DNA from: an uncultured Prevotellaceae bacterium
GTDB taxonomy: Bacteria > Bacteroidota > Bacteroidia > Bacteroidales > Bacteroidaceae
Assembly (NCBI GenBank): GCA_900313335.1
Contig: OMQX01000005.1
Coordinates: 1-38,336 of the forward strand
Direction: 5' to 3'
DNA length: 38,336 bases
Shown one piece after another: positions 8,515 to 16,249 of the stretch. The notes beneath the pieces were generated by a model. That model searched no databases. It worked only from the letters and a program-made list of their open reading frames with translations, and was not told the origin of the DNA. Position numbers and translations under genes: made by a program. Numbering within the stretch: position 1 is the stretch's first letter; each line of letters starts with the position of its first letter.

Positions 8515-11500
8515 CAATCCTCGTAAAAAATGGTTATACTTTCGATGTATAGTTTGGAACCTTCGGCTCCTTCCATATTATGTCCATTCCAGCTGCTGGT
8601 GGCTCCGATGACCATGCTGTAGCCTCCGTCTGCCAATGCTGCGGCATCGACATTGTATGTCTCTATCTTGAACTCGAGATCGGTCCATGTGGTGCCTACC
8701 TGCTTGCTTGAGCCGTGGAGTCTGACATAACCTGCGATATTGCCATGGGTAAACAGATCGGTGGCAGAGAGTACGAACTGGCCTCCCATATTACGATAGA
8801 ACACGCAGTATATGTCTGGAGAATCGGTCTCGCCTGCAGTGTAGGTATTGCCCTTGTAGTATTTCTCGCCTGGAATATACTTGGCACGGACCTTCATCTT
8901 TGTTGGTTTGTGCTTGAAGGGTGCTCCGTAGTGTGCCAGTGACTGGAAATATGACAGACCTCCACTCATAGCCTGCTGGAGGGAGTATGAATCCATGGTT
9001 CCGTTGAACAGCATGCCGGGAACAGTACGCATCTTCAGCATGGATGCGTATGTACTGTTGTTGGCTGCGGTCTCGAGCAGCAACACGCTGGTACCGTCTT
9101 TCCTGGCAGGACACTCGGATGCTGATGCTCCGGTACGGAGGACCTTGAACATGGGGTTGGTGGTCACCCATGAAGAAGCGAGGTTTGCATCGGTCCATGT
9201 GTAATATCCGCTGGATGTGTTTCCATTCTCGAAGCTGAATACGTAGCGGGGTTCCTGACCGATATCTGCCCTTACCTTGTATGTAAGTGTATTCTTGCCG
9301 AAACGGCTCTTGACAGTAAATGTATGGAACTCGCCATCCGAAAGATTTACCTTCTGGCCGGATGTAAAGACCTCCTCGTTCTCGTCATAGATTGTCGAGA
9401 ACTTGGTTGCGTGGATGGTGAGGGGTACTGCGGTAACATCGGCATTCCACCTGACTGGGAATACGACTTCGTTCGCCTCGTTTGCGGTCTGGACGCTGTC
9501 GGTTGCCTGCTTGAATATCTCAAGCGGATTGTTTACGACAATGCTGAATGACGATACGGTGAATTCGGCCTGTTCGGCATACTTGACCTTGACCTTGTAT
9601 GTATTTGTCTGGGTACCGTCCTGGCTGAAGACCTTGAACTGATGGAACTGTCCGTCGGAAAGGTCTACATTGCTTCCGGAAACGAAACTGTTGCCACCTG
9701 CATCCTGGACAGTTGCCCACTTGCTGACGTTCAGGGTCAAAGGTACTGCGGTGACAACGGCATCCCATCTTACGGGGAATATGATTTCGTTGGACGCTGA
9801 CGGGGTCTGTACGCTGTCACCGACATTGTTGAATATTGTCAGCGGCGATGCTATCTTGATACATGCGGAAAGGATTGTCGGAACGGGCTGATCCTCGAAC
9901 TTGGCTCGTACGGTATATATGATTTCCAGTTTGCCCTCGGCATCACGGGCCTTGAGCTTCAATACCTTGTCCTTGGAAAGGTCTACCTTGGTTCCGGAAA
10001 CGAATACCTTGCCAGCCTCGTCATAGACAGTATAGCCCTGACCCGGATGAAGGGTCAATGGTACGGATGTCATGTCGGCATCCCATTTTACAGGGAATAC
10101 TATCTCGGTCGTACCCTCTTCCATATACTGGATGCTGTCACCTTCCTCGGGGAACAAGGCCAGGGGATCGTCGACAATAATACTTGCGGATGCTATGGGG
10201 AGCGTGGTATCGCCCTCATCCTCGGGGTCCTCGAATACGACCTTGACATTGTCCATATAGAGCTTGGAATCCAGGGCTCCTTCGAAATATCCGCCGCGCC
10301 AGCTGCTGGTAGAGCCTATCACAATGCTATAGCCGCGGTTTCTGAGAAGGATGGGGTCTATCACGTTCTCATGTCCCGTCTGGAAGAAATCATAATTGAC
10401 AGGTATCGAGACATGCTGCCATTCGTTCGTAATACCATGTATGGGGCTGTTGGTAAGAACCGGCTCCGGAATATGGCGCTGTTCCTCCTCGTTCCAGACC
10501 ATATTATAGTTGTGTTTCAGGCGCGCAACACCCTTTATATGCTTGTTGGTGAGGACATCATCGCCGTCAAGGACCACTGCATTACCATTCTCGTCAGCAT
10601 TACGATATATTATGCAATACAGATCGGGTTCGTCCACGACGCCTGTAATCTCGTTCTCGTTTGAATCCTGAAACTTGGGGCCGGGCTCGTATCTCAGGTC
10701 TGCCTCGATACGTATCGGCTTGTGCGGACAGGGAACTCCCATACGCGTTGCCTTGCGGGCATCGTTCAATGCCTTGCTGGAATCGAACAGGCCATTGAAC
10801 ATACTGCCTGCTGCCAGGGGGATATGTACCATCTGTCCGAAGGAACCTGTACTGCGTGTATGTAGCTCGACACAATCGCTACCGTCCATTCCGCCGTTGA
10901 AGACAGGTATTGTCGGATACTCGTCGGGCTGTGCACTGCCTCGGCTCAATATGAATCCGGGGTTGCCGTTCTTCCAGACAGGATCACCTGCACGGAACAG
11001 GTTCTTCGTGATAACAGGGTCTGTTTCGGTCCAAACATAATAGCCGGGGTTAGTGGATGTCTTGCCCTGGATTGTATAGTTTCCATTGAACGTAATCAGC
11101 ATCTCGGTCAACACCGTATATGCCGGCTGATGTTCCATGGAGACCTCGTAAGTCTTGCTCCATTCGCCGCTTTCACAACGGATGACGAATTTCTGCACCC
11201 GCTCGTTGGTGAAATTTACGAGACGGCCATTCTCGAACGGCACCTCTTCACCGTCGATGACAATAAATGCAGTAGAACCCTTGGAGGTCTTGATGTAAAC
11301 AGGATAGCTTCCCAAGGCAGCATTATGCTTTACCGAAAAGACATGCTTAGTCTCTATGGGAAGAAAACGGTACGTTGCATATGATTCTTGGTCGAATATA
11401 TCCAACGGGTTTTCAAGTTGTACGGAAATCTCTTCGATGTCACATTCTATCTCCAGCGGCGCCTCTGCTATACAGGAAACCAGGAGAACAGTTGAGGACA

Positions 11501-11540
11501 ACGCCAGGAGCAATGATAATATCAGCAACTTTATCTTCAT
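8514..11540 (-). CDS. Large lipoprotein with two PCMD-like domains flanking three tandem Ig-like repeats
   Basis: 1008-aa ORF with lipobox MKIKLLILSLLLALSSTVLLVS|C. Two copies of a long module lie at about aa 140-437 and 765-1008. Copy 1 reads W.NGNPGF...YPT...AGSMFNGLFD...PDLYCIIYRN...GSTSSWRGGYFEGALDSKLYMD. Copy 2 reads ...PGMLFNGTMD...PDIYCVFYRN...GATSSWNGHNMEGAEGSKLYIE. This resembles the Pfam PCMD family. Confidence 0.85.
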   Translation of the reverse strand: MKIKLLILSLLLALSSTVLLVSCIAEAPLEIECDIEEISVQLENPLDIFDQESYATYRFLPIETKHVFSVKHNAALGSYPVYIKTSKGSTAFIVIDGEEVPFENGRLVNFTNERVQKFVIRCESGEWSKTYEVSMEHQPAYTVLTEMLITFNGNYTIQGKTSTNPGYYVWTETDPVITKNLFRAGDPVWKNGNPGFILSRGSAQPDEYPTIPVFNGGMDGSDCVELHTRSTGSFGQMVHIPLAAGSMFNGLFDSSKALNDARKATRMGVPCPHKPIRIEADLRYEPGPKFQDSNENEITGVVDEPDLYCIIYRNADENGNAVVLDGDDVLTNKHIKGVARLKHNYNMVWNEEEQRHIPEPVLTNSPIHGITNEWQHVSIPVNYDFFQTGHENVIDPILLRNRGYSIVIGSTSSWRGGYFEGALDSKLYMDNVKVVFEDPEDEGDTTLPIASASIIVDDPLALFPEEGDSIQYMEEGTTEIVFPVKWDADMTSVPLTLHPGQGYTVYDEAGKVFVSGTKVDLSKDKVLKLKARDAEGKLEIIYTVRAKFEDQPVPTILSACIKIASPLTIFNNVGDSVQTPSASNEIIFPVRWDAVVTAVPLTLNVSKWATVQDAGGNSFVSGSNVDLSDGQFHQFKVFSQDGTQTNTYKVKVKYAEQAEFTVSSFSIVVNNPLEIFKQATDSVQTANEANEVVFPVRWNADVTAVPLTIHATKFSTIYDENEEVFTSGQKVNLSDGEFHTFTVKSRFGKNTLTYKVRADIGQEPRYVFSFENGNTSSGYYTWTDANLASSWVTTNPMFKVLRTGASASECPARKDGTSVLLLETAANNSTYASMLKMRTVPGMLFNGTMDSYSLQQAMSGGLSYFQSLAHYGAPFKHKPTKMKVRAKYIPGEKYYKGNTYTAGETDSPDIYCVFYRNMGGQFVLSATDLFTHGNIAGYVRLHGSSKQVGTTWTDLEFKIETYNVDAAALADGGYSMVIGATSSWNGHNMEGAEGSKLYIESITIFYED
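9249..10202 (-). repeat. Three tandem ~105-aa repeats (Ig-like, unknown family) inside the lipoprotein gene
   Basis: R1 is ...IIVDDPLALFPEEGDSIQYMEEGTTEIVFPVKWDADMTSVPLTLHPG...VFVSGTKVDLS...IYTVRAKF. R2 is ...IKIASPLTIFNNVGDSVQTPSASNEIIFPVRWDAVVTAVPLTLNVS...SFVSGSNVDLSDGQFHQFKV...TYKVKVKY. R3 is ...IVVNNPLEIFKQATDSVQTANEANEVVFPVRWNADVTAVPLTIHAT...VFTSGQKVNLSDGEFHTFTV...TYKVRADI. A more diverged related segment lies at about aa 25-135. Confidence 0.75.
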
Positions 11541-11590
11541 ATTTAGCCTTTTGTTTCTACGTTATTTTAGCTGATTTCTTAATTTGGGGG

Positions 11591-11598
11591 CAAAATTA
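11591..11598 (-). promoter_or_regulatory. Bacteroidota -7 box (TAATTTTG) for the surface-protein operon
   Basis: The minus strand reads GTGTAATTTTGCCCCC, which matches TAnnTTTG. It lies about 50 nt upstream of the lipoprotein ATG at 11540. None of the three internal gaps of the operon contains a match. Confidence 0.55.
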
Positions 11599-11625
11599 CA
11601 CTTTTTCCTTCGCGTGTGCACATAG

Positions 11626-11647
11626 AAAAGGATAAAATAATCCTTTT
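11626..11647 (-). terminator. Weak AT-rich hairpin downstream of the PPIase gene
   Basis: AAAAGGAT-(6 nt)-ATCCTTTT forms an 8-bp perfect stem about 30 nt after the PPIase stop. There is no clean U-tract beyond the stem itself. Confidence 0.3.
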
Positions 11648-11676
11648 TACCATAATAACGCCAAAAAGGGGTGGTT

Positions 11677-12411
11677 TCAACGGGAACGGCCAGTTTTGCC
11701 GTATTGTTCGACAGAAGCCTTGACAATGCGCACATCCTGTATTGGACGGTCATTGGAATCGGTCTTTTCCTGCTGTATCCTGTCAACAACATCAAGCCCG
11801 TCTATCACCTCGCCGAACACGGTATATTCTCCGTCCAGATGGGGTGTTCCGCCTATCATCTGATAGTCGTCCGTCATGAAATGATTGTATTCATAGCCTT
11901 TTTCTTCCCAGGAAGATCGCACCTTGTTGAGAGAGGCTGGTCCCATCTTCCTGCCCCAGACGATATAGAACTGACAGCCGCTGCTGCGGCGTTCGGGATT
12001 GACATCATCGCCTTCACGGGCAGCAGCTACCATGCCACGCTTGTGATACAGGTCCGGCAGGCAGAATTCGGGCGGCAAGGTATAGCCTAGGTCACCGTCG
12101 CCCAAAAGGACTCCCGACGGAGCTGTCCGGCTGGATGGGTCACCGCCCTGAATCATAAAATCCTTGATAACGCGATGGAACAAGGTCGCATCATAAAACC
12201 CCTGGGACACAAGTTTCAGGAAATTGTCCCTATGAACGGGGGTCTCGTCCATAAGTGCTATGCGGATCGTGCCCATAGTTGTTTCGAGACGGACAACGCT
12301 CCTACGCTCCTTGCGCCTGGCATCGACTGATGAACATACCAGAAACACTGCCGTCAGGACAAGAGCGAACCTTAAACAAAAACCGGGTAGGAATCTTTTG
12401 GTGATAAACAT
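11677..12411 (-). CDS. Cyclophilin-type peptidyl-prolyl cis-trans isomerase, secreted or periplasmic
   Basis: 244-aa ORF with an N-terminal hydrophobic signal. The motifs FHRVIKDFMIQGGDP, SSGCQFYIV and YTVFGEVIDGLDVVDRI are typical of cyclophilin PPIases. Confidence 0.9.
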   Translation of the reverse strand: MFITKRFLPGFCLRFALVLTAVFLVCSSVDARRKERRSVVRLETTMGTIRIALMDETPVHRDNFLKLVSQGFYDATLFHRVIKDFMIQGGDPSSRTAPSGVLLGDGDLGYTLPPEFCLPDLYHKRGMVAAAREGDDVNPERRSSGCQFYIVWGRKMGPASLNKVRSSWEEKGYEYNHFMTDDYQMIGGTPHLDGEYTVFGEVIDGLDVVDRIQQEKTDSNDRPIQDVRIVKASVEQYGKTGRSR

Positions 12412-12441
12412 GGAATTTGATTAATTATTTTTAATCCACGA

Positions 12442-12449
12442 CAAAGATA
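12442..12449 (-). promoter_or_regulatory. -7 box (TATCTTTG) for the PPIase gene
   Basis: The plus strand reads CAAAGATA, which is TATCTTTG on the minus strand. It lies 30 nt upstream of the ATG at 12411. Confidence 0.55.
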
Positions 12450-12651
12450 CGGAAAAATTCCCCACCGACAAATTTTAATTGCCGGATTTTTCCCATTTGG
12501 TACTTAATTTCAGTAAATTACATCAAATATATCCATTTTATCAATACTTAGAACTAATATCACTACTTGTCACTGCGAGGGTGAAAATAAATAGTTCTAG
12601 GTTCAATGAAAAATAATTCAAAAAGTTGGTGGGGAATTGTGGAGAAAATTG

Positions 12652-12659
12652 TATATTTG
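12652..12659 (+). promoter_or_regulatory. -7 box (TATATTTG) of the dcw/mraZ promoter
   Basis: TATATTTG lies 30 nt upstream of the mraZ ATG at 12690. It falls inside the N-terminal extension of track ORF 12606..13142, which argues for the shorter start. Confidence 0.6.
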
Positions 12660-12689
12660 CGACAAAATTCGATTATAAGGAACACGCAC

Positions 12690-13142
12690 ATGAGATTTAC
12701 AGGCAACATTGATGCAAAAATGGACGAGAAGGGACGTGTCTTCCTTCCTGCCGTTTTCCGCAAAGTGATGCAGCGTGAGGGCGTAGAGAGACTGATCCTT
12801 CGTCGTGACGTATTCCAGAAATGTCTGGTCTTATATCCCGAGAACGTTTGGAATGCCCAGGTAGATGCCATCACACAGCGTACAAACATGTTTGACAGCT
12901 CCGGACGTGCTGCGCTGCGCGGGTTTGTAGCCGGAGCGGAAAGTGTCAGCATGGACAGCAACGGGCGTATACTGATACCACAGAGATATGCAGAAATTGC
13001 AAGCCTAGACTACGAGGTTCGCTTCATTGGTGTTGACGACACGATTGAAATATGGAACCGCCAGACAGCAATTGACATGCTTTCACGTACTGACGAACTG
13101 GCTCATAATTTGGAGAACCTGATGAACCCTGCGGCTGAATAG
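12690..13142 (+). CDS. mraZ: Transcriptional regulator MraZ
   Basis: MRFTGNIDAKMDEKGRVFLPAVFRK... and a second SpoVT/AbrB-like half (MDSNGRILIPQRYAEIASL) give about 150 aa. It is the first gene of the dcw cluster. The start was trimmed from 12606 to the conserved MraZ N-terminus. Confidence 0.93.
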   Translation: MRFTGNIDAKMDEKGRVFLPAVFRKVMQREGVERLILRRDVFQKCLVLYPENVWNAQVDAITQRTNMFDSSGRAALRGFVAGAESVSMDSNGRILIPQRYAEIASLDYEVRFIGVDDTIEIWNRQTAIDMLSRTDELAHNLENLMNPAAE

Positions 13143-13161
13143 CGAGAACACCCACGAAGAG

Positions 13162-14079
13162 ATGGACTGCCCGACCTACCATATTCCGGTTATGCTTGAC
13201 GAGTGCATGGAAGGCTTGAACATAAAGCCGGACGGCATTTATCTGGACCTGACATACGGAGGAGGGGGACATAGCAAGGAAATCCTGAAGCGACTGGGAG
13301 AGAAAGGTCATCTGTATGGTTTTGATCAGGACAATGATGCGAGGGATGGTGCAATAGTGGATGAGCGGTTCACATTCATACACAGCAACTTCCGCTTTGT
13401 CGGCAACTGGATGCAGTACTATAATATTGACGGTGTTGACGGCATACTGGCTGATCTGGGCGTAAGCAGCCATCATCTGGATGACGGGGAAAGGGGATTC
13501 TCGTTCAGGTACGATGCTGCCCTGGACATGAGGATGAACAGGAAGAGTTCCCTCACGGCACACAACATAGTAATGGAATATCCCGAAGAACGGCTTGCAG
13601 ATATCCTGTATCTGTATGGAGAACTGAAGCAGAGCCGGAGAATTTCCGCCGAGATAGTCAGGCGCAGGGGCAAAGGAGATATCAGGACAACCGGACAGTT
13701 GTCGGACATAGTTTCGCCGCTGTTAGGCAGGGAACGTGAAAAGAAGGATCTGGCACGTGTGTTCCAGGCGCTGAGGATAGAAGTCAACGGAGAGATGAAA
13801 GCCTTGGGGGAGATGCTGGAAGCGGCGACATCCATTTTAAACAAGAGGGGGAGGCTGGTAATAATGACCTACCACAGCTTGGAAGACAGGATAGTAAAGA
13901 ACTACATACGGGGGACAGGACAAGACAAGGACGATAACAGTGTAGAATCGCTGATTTACGGAAACCATGCATCAATACTAAAAGACATAGGCAAAGGAGC
14001 TATTATACCTTCGGAAGAAGAAATAAATATTAACCCACGCAGCCGTTCGGCTAAACTTCGCATAGCAGAGAAAAGATGA
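13162..14079 (+). CDS. rsmH: 16S rRNA (cytosine1402-N4)-methyltransferase RsmH
   Basis: YHIPVMLDECMEGLNIKPDGIYLDLTYGGGGHS, DGILADLGVSSHQLD-like (here HHLD), and SLEDRIVKN match RsmH. The gene sits directly after mraZ. Confidence 0.95.
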   Translation: MDCPTYHIPVMLDECMEGLNIKPDGIYLDLTYGGGGHSKEILKRLGEKGHLYGFDQDNDARDGAIVDERFTFIHSNFRFVGNWMQYYNIDGVDGILADLGVSSHHLDDGERGFSFRYDAALDMRMNRKSSLTAHNIVMEYPEERLADILYLYGELKQSRRISAEIVRRRGKGDIRTTGQLSDIVSPLLGREREKKDLARVFQALRIEVNGEMKALGEMLEAATSILNKRGRLVIMTYHSLEDRIVKNYIRGTGQDKDDNSVESLIYGNHASILKDIGKGAIIPSEEEININPRSRSAKLRIAEKR

Positions 14080-14486
14080 AAGAAACAGATACAGAGCCCA
14101 TAAAGGTCGAGAAGAAGGTCGTAAAACGGAGAATAAGGCGGGTTGAGACTGACAACGAACTGGCATTACGCCAATTAAGGGATGCCTGGAAGCAGATAAG
14201 CATCGACGGACAGTGGTTCAAACGCCAGATATGGTTGTTCGTGGTTATCGTAATAGGCATCATAGTCTACATATCCAACCGATATGCCGCACAACAGGAA
14301 ATCATCGAGGAGCAGTTATTGCGCGAGGAACTGCAGGACTGGAAATTCAGAAGCCTGACAAGAAACAGTGAACTGACATTCCGGACAAGACAGAGTCAGA
14401 TAGAACTGCAGCTGAAAGCATTCGGAGACAGTTCCATTCAAGTAAGCAACAAAGCTCCGTACCATATAATAACCACAAACAAATAA
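14076..14486 (+). CDS. ftsL: FtsL-like cell division protein (Bacteroidota type)
   Basis: 136 aa with a basic N-terminus, a single TM helix (IWLFVVIVIGIIVYI) and a coiled-coil-like tail. It overlaps the rsmH stop in an ATGA junction and occupies the position between rsmH and ftsI. Confidence 0.8.
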   Translation: MKETDTEPIKVEKKVVKRRIRRVETDNELALRQLRDAWKQISIDGQWFKRQIWLFVVIVIGIIVYISNRYAAQQEIIEEQLLREELQDWKFRSLTRNSELTFRTRQSQIELQLKAFGDSSIQVSNKAPYHIITTNK

Positions 14487-14494
14487 TACACGAC

Positions 14495-16249
14495 ATGAAA
14501 GCTGACAAAAACAATACTATAGGGCGTTTCCGCATTATAGTCATCCTGATGGCTTTGGTGGGTGTGTATATCCTGAGCACAGCCTTGTACACCATGGTCA
14601 GCAAGCGTGAGTACTGGACAGAAGTGAGCAAGATGTTCGTAAAGGAGAATGTTCCAATACAGGCAACCCGTGGCAACATATACGACTGCAACGGTAAACT
14701 GATGGCGGGTTCCGTTCCCGAATATCGACTGTATATGGATTACGTTGTAATCGACAAGAACGAAAAGGCGCGTGTCAAGGCTCAGGCATACCGCGATTCG
14801 GTGTTTGAACATCAACTGGACAGCATTTGCGACGGACTTGCCAGGATATTCCCTGACAAGACATCCGAATGGTTCCGCACACGCCTGGAGGAAGGCAAGC
14901 GCAGGGGAAGCCATGCATGGAGGATATATCCGCGCCATGCAACATATATCCAGTACAAGGAGTGCAAGAAACTGCCGCTGCTGAGGGATGCCTCGTTCAA
15001 GGGCGGATTCTATGCTGACGAGACCTTGCAGCGCAAACATCCATACGGATCACTGGCATGCCGTACGCTGGGCGACCTGTGGCGTGACTCGGACGCTGCA
15101 AAGAACGGCATTGAGCTGAGCTATGACAGCATCCTAAGAGGAAAGAACGGCCTGAGCCACCGCATGAAGGTCAGGAACCACCGTGTAAGCATCATTGACC
15201 GTGAGCCGGTACAGGGACACGACCTGATGACGACAATAGACGTGGATATACAGGACTTTGCCGAAAAGGCTATGGTTGCAAAACTGAAGGAACCTCTGGT
15301 AAACGGTGAGATCGGCATTGCCATCGTGATGGAATGTGCTACGGGCGACATAAAGGCAATCGTAAACATGCACCGTGCCGAGGATGGTGAATACTACGAG
15401 ATGAAGAACAGCGCGGTCAGCGACCTGATGGAACCGGGATCTACATTCAAGACGGCCAGTATAATGGTTGCCCTGGATGACGGCAAGATAACACTGGACA
15501 ATACTGTTGACTGTAATCACGGACAGTTCCAGATGCATGGCCGTGTGATGAAAGACCACAACTGGCATCGTGGCGGATATGGTACCCTGACAGTATCACA
15601 GATACTGGAGCAGAGTAGTAATATCGGTGTCAGCCGCATCATCGACAATGCTTATCATGACAATCCAAAGGCTTACGTGGACGGATTGCTGAGAATAGGA
15701 GTAGGCATACCTTTGAACCTTCCATTTGCCGGTAAGGGAGAACCTATCATCCCACGTCCAGACAGCCAGATAAGATATTGGAGCAAAACCGACCTGCCGT
15801 GGATGAGCATAGGATATGTTACGATGCTGCCACCTATCAGTACTCTGACATTCTACAATGCTATTGCCAACAATGGCACAATGGTGCGCCCCAGATTCGT
15901 AAAAGCCGAGCTGGTAAACGGACAGGTGGTTCGCGAATTCCCGACCGAGGTCATTAAACAGCAGATCTGCAAACCGTCGACACTGAAGGACATACAGTTC
16001 TGCCTGCACAATGTAGTAAAGCTCGGCTTAGGTCATAAGGCGGGTAACGGCAGCAAGCTGTTTGAGGTTAGCGGAAAAACTGGAACGGCGCAGTTCTCCG
16101 AGAACGGAAGCTATGCATCGCACAAATACATGGTCAGCTTCTGTGGCTTCTACCCAAGCGAAGCTCCACGCTACAGTTGTATCGTATGTATCGTGAAGCG
16201 TGGCCTGCCTGCTTCGGGTGGCGGACAGTGCGGACCTGTCGGCCCGTGA
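14495..16249 (+). CDS. ftsI: Penicillin-binding protein FtsI (PBP dimerisation plus transpeptidase domains). The frame ends prematurely before the PASTA domain.
   Basis: 584 aa with an N-terminal TM anchor. The transpeptidase motifs STFK (EPGSTFKTASIM), SSN (EQSSNIGVS) and KTG (SGKTGTAQ) are all present. The ORF stops at ...GLPASGGGQCGPVGP*, and the expected C-terminal domain continues in another frame (next feature). Confidence 0.9.
   Translation: MKADKNNTIGRFRIIVILMALVGVYILSTALYTMVSKREYWTEVSKMFVKENVPIQATRGNIYDCNGKLMAGSVPEYRLYMDYVVIDKNEKARVKAQAYRDSVFEHQLDSICDGLARIFPDKTSEWFRTRLEEGKRRGSHAWRIYPRHATYIQYKECKKLPLLRDASFKGGFYADETLQRKHPYGSLACRTLGDLWRDSDAAKNGIELSYDSILRGKNGLSHRMKVRNHRVSIIDREPVQGHDLMTTIDVDIQDFAEKAMVAKLKEPLVNGEIGIAIVMECATGDIKAIVNMHRAEDGEYYEMKNSAVSDLMEPGSTFKTASIMVALDDGKITLDNTVDCNHGQFQMHGRVMKDHNWHRGGYGTLTVSQILEQSSNIGVSRIIDNAYHDNPKAYVDGLLRIGVGIPLNLPFAGKGEPIIPRPDSQIRYWSKTDLPWMSIGYVTMLPPISTLTFYNAIANNGTMVRPRFVKAELVNGQVVREFPTEVIKQQICKPSTLKDIQFCLHNVVKLGLGHKAGNGSKLFEVSGKTGTAQFSENGSYASHKYMVSFCGFYPSEAPRYSCIVCIVKRGLPASGGGQCGPVGP

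Noticed and set aside
12548-12600. An 8-bp inverted repeat, TAGAACTA ... TAGTTCTA, with a 35-nt spacer in the PPIase-mraZ intergenic region
   Set aside because: It is short, lies in AT-rich DNA, has a long loop and has no flanking recombinase or obvious function. It is compatible with chance.
12606-12689. N-terminal extension of mraZ in the track ORF. The same applies to the extensions 37001..37186 of the guanylyltransferase gene and 32478..32504 of the DUF2851 gene.
   Set aside because: The extensions cross predicted -7 promoter boxes or a terminator hairpin and precede the conserved family N-termini (MRFTGN..., MNHNYCLILAGG..., MESLLHYVWQ...). The downstream ATGs were preferred.
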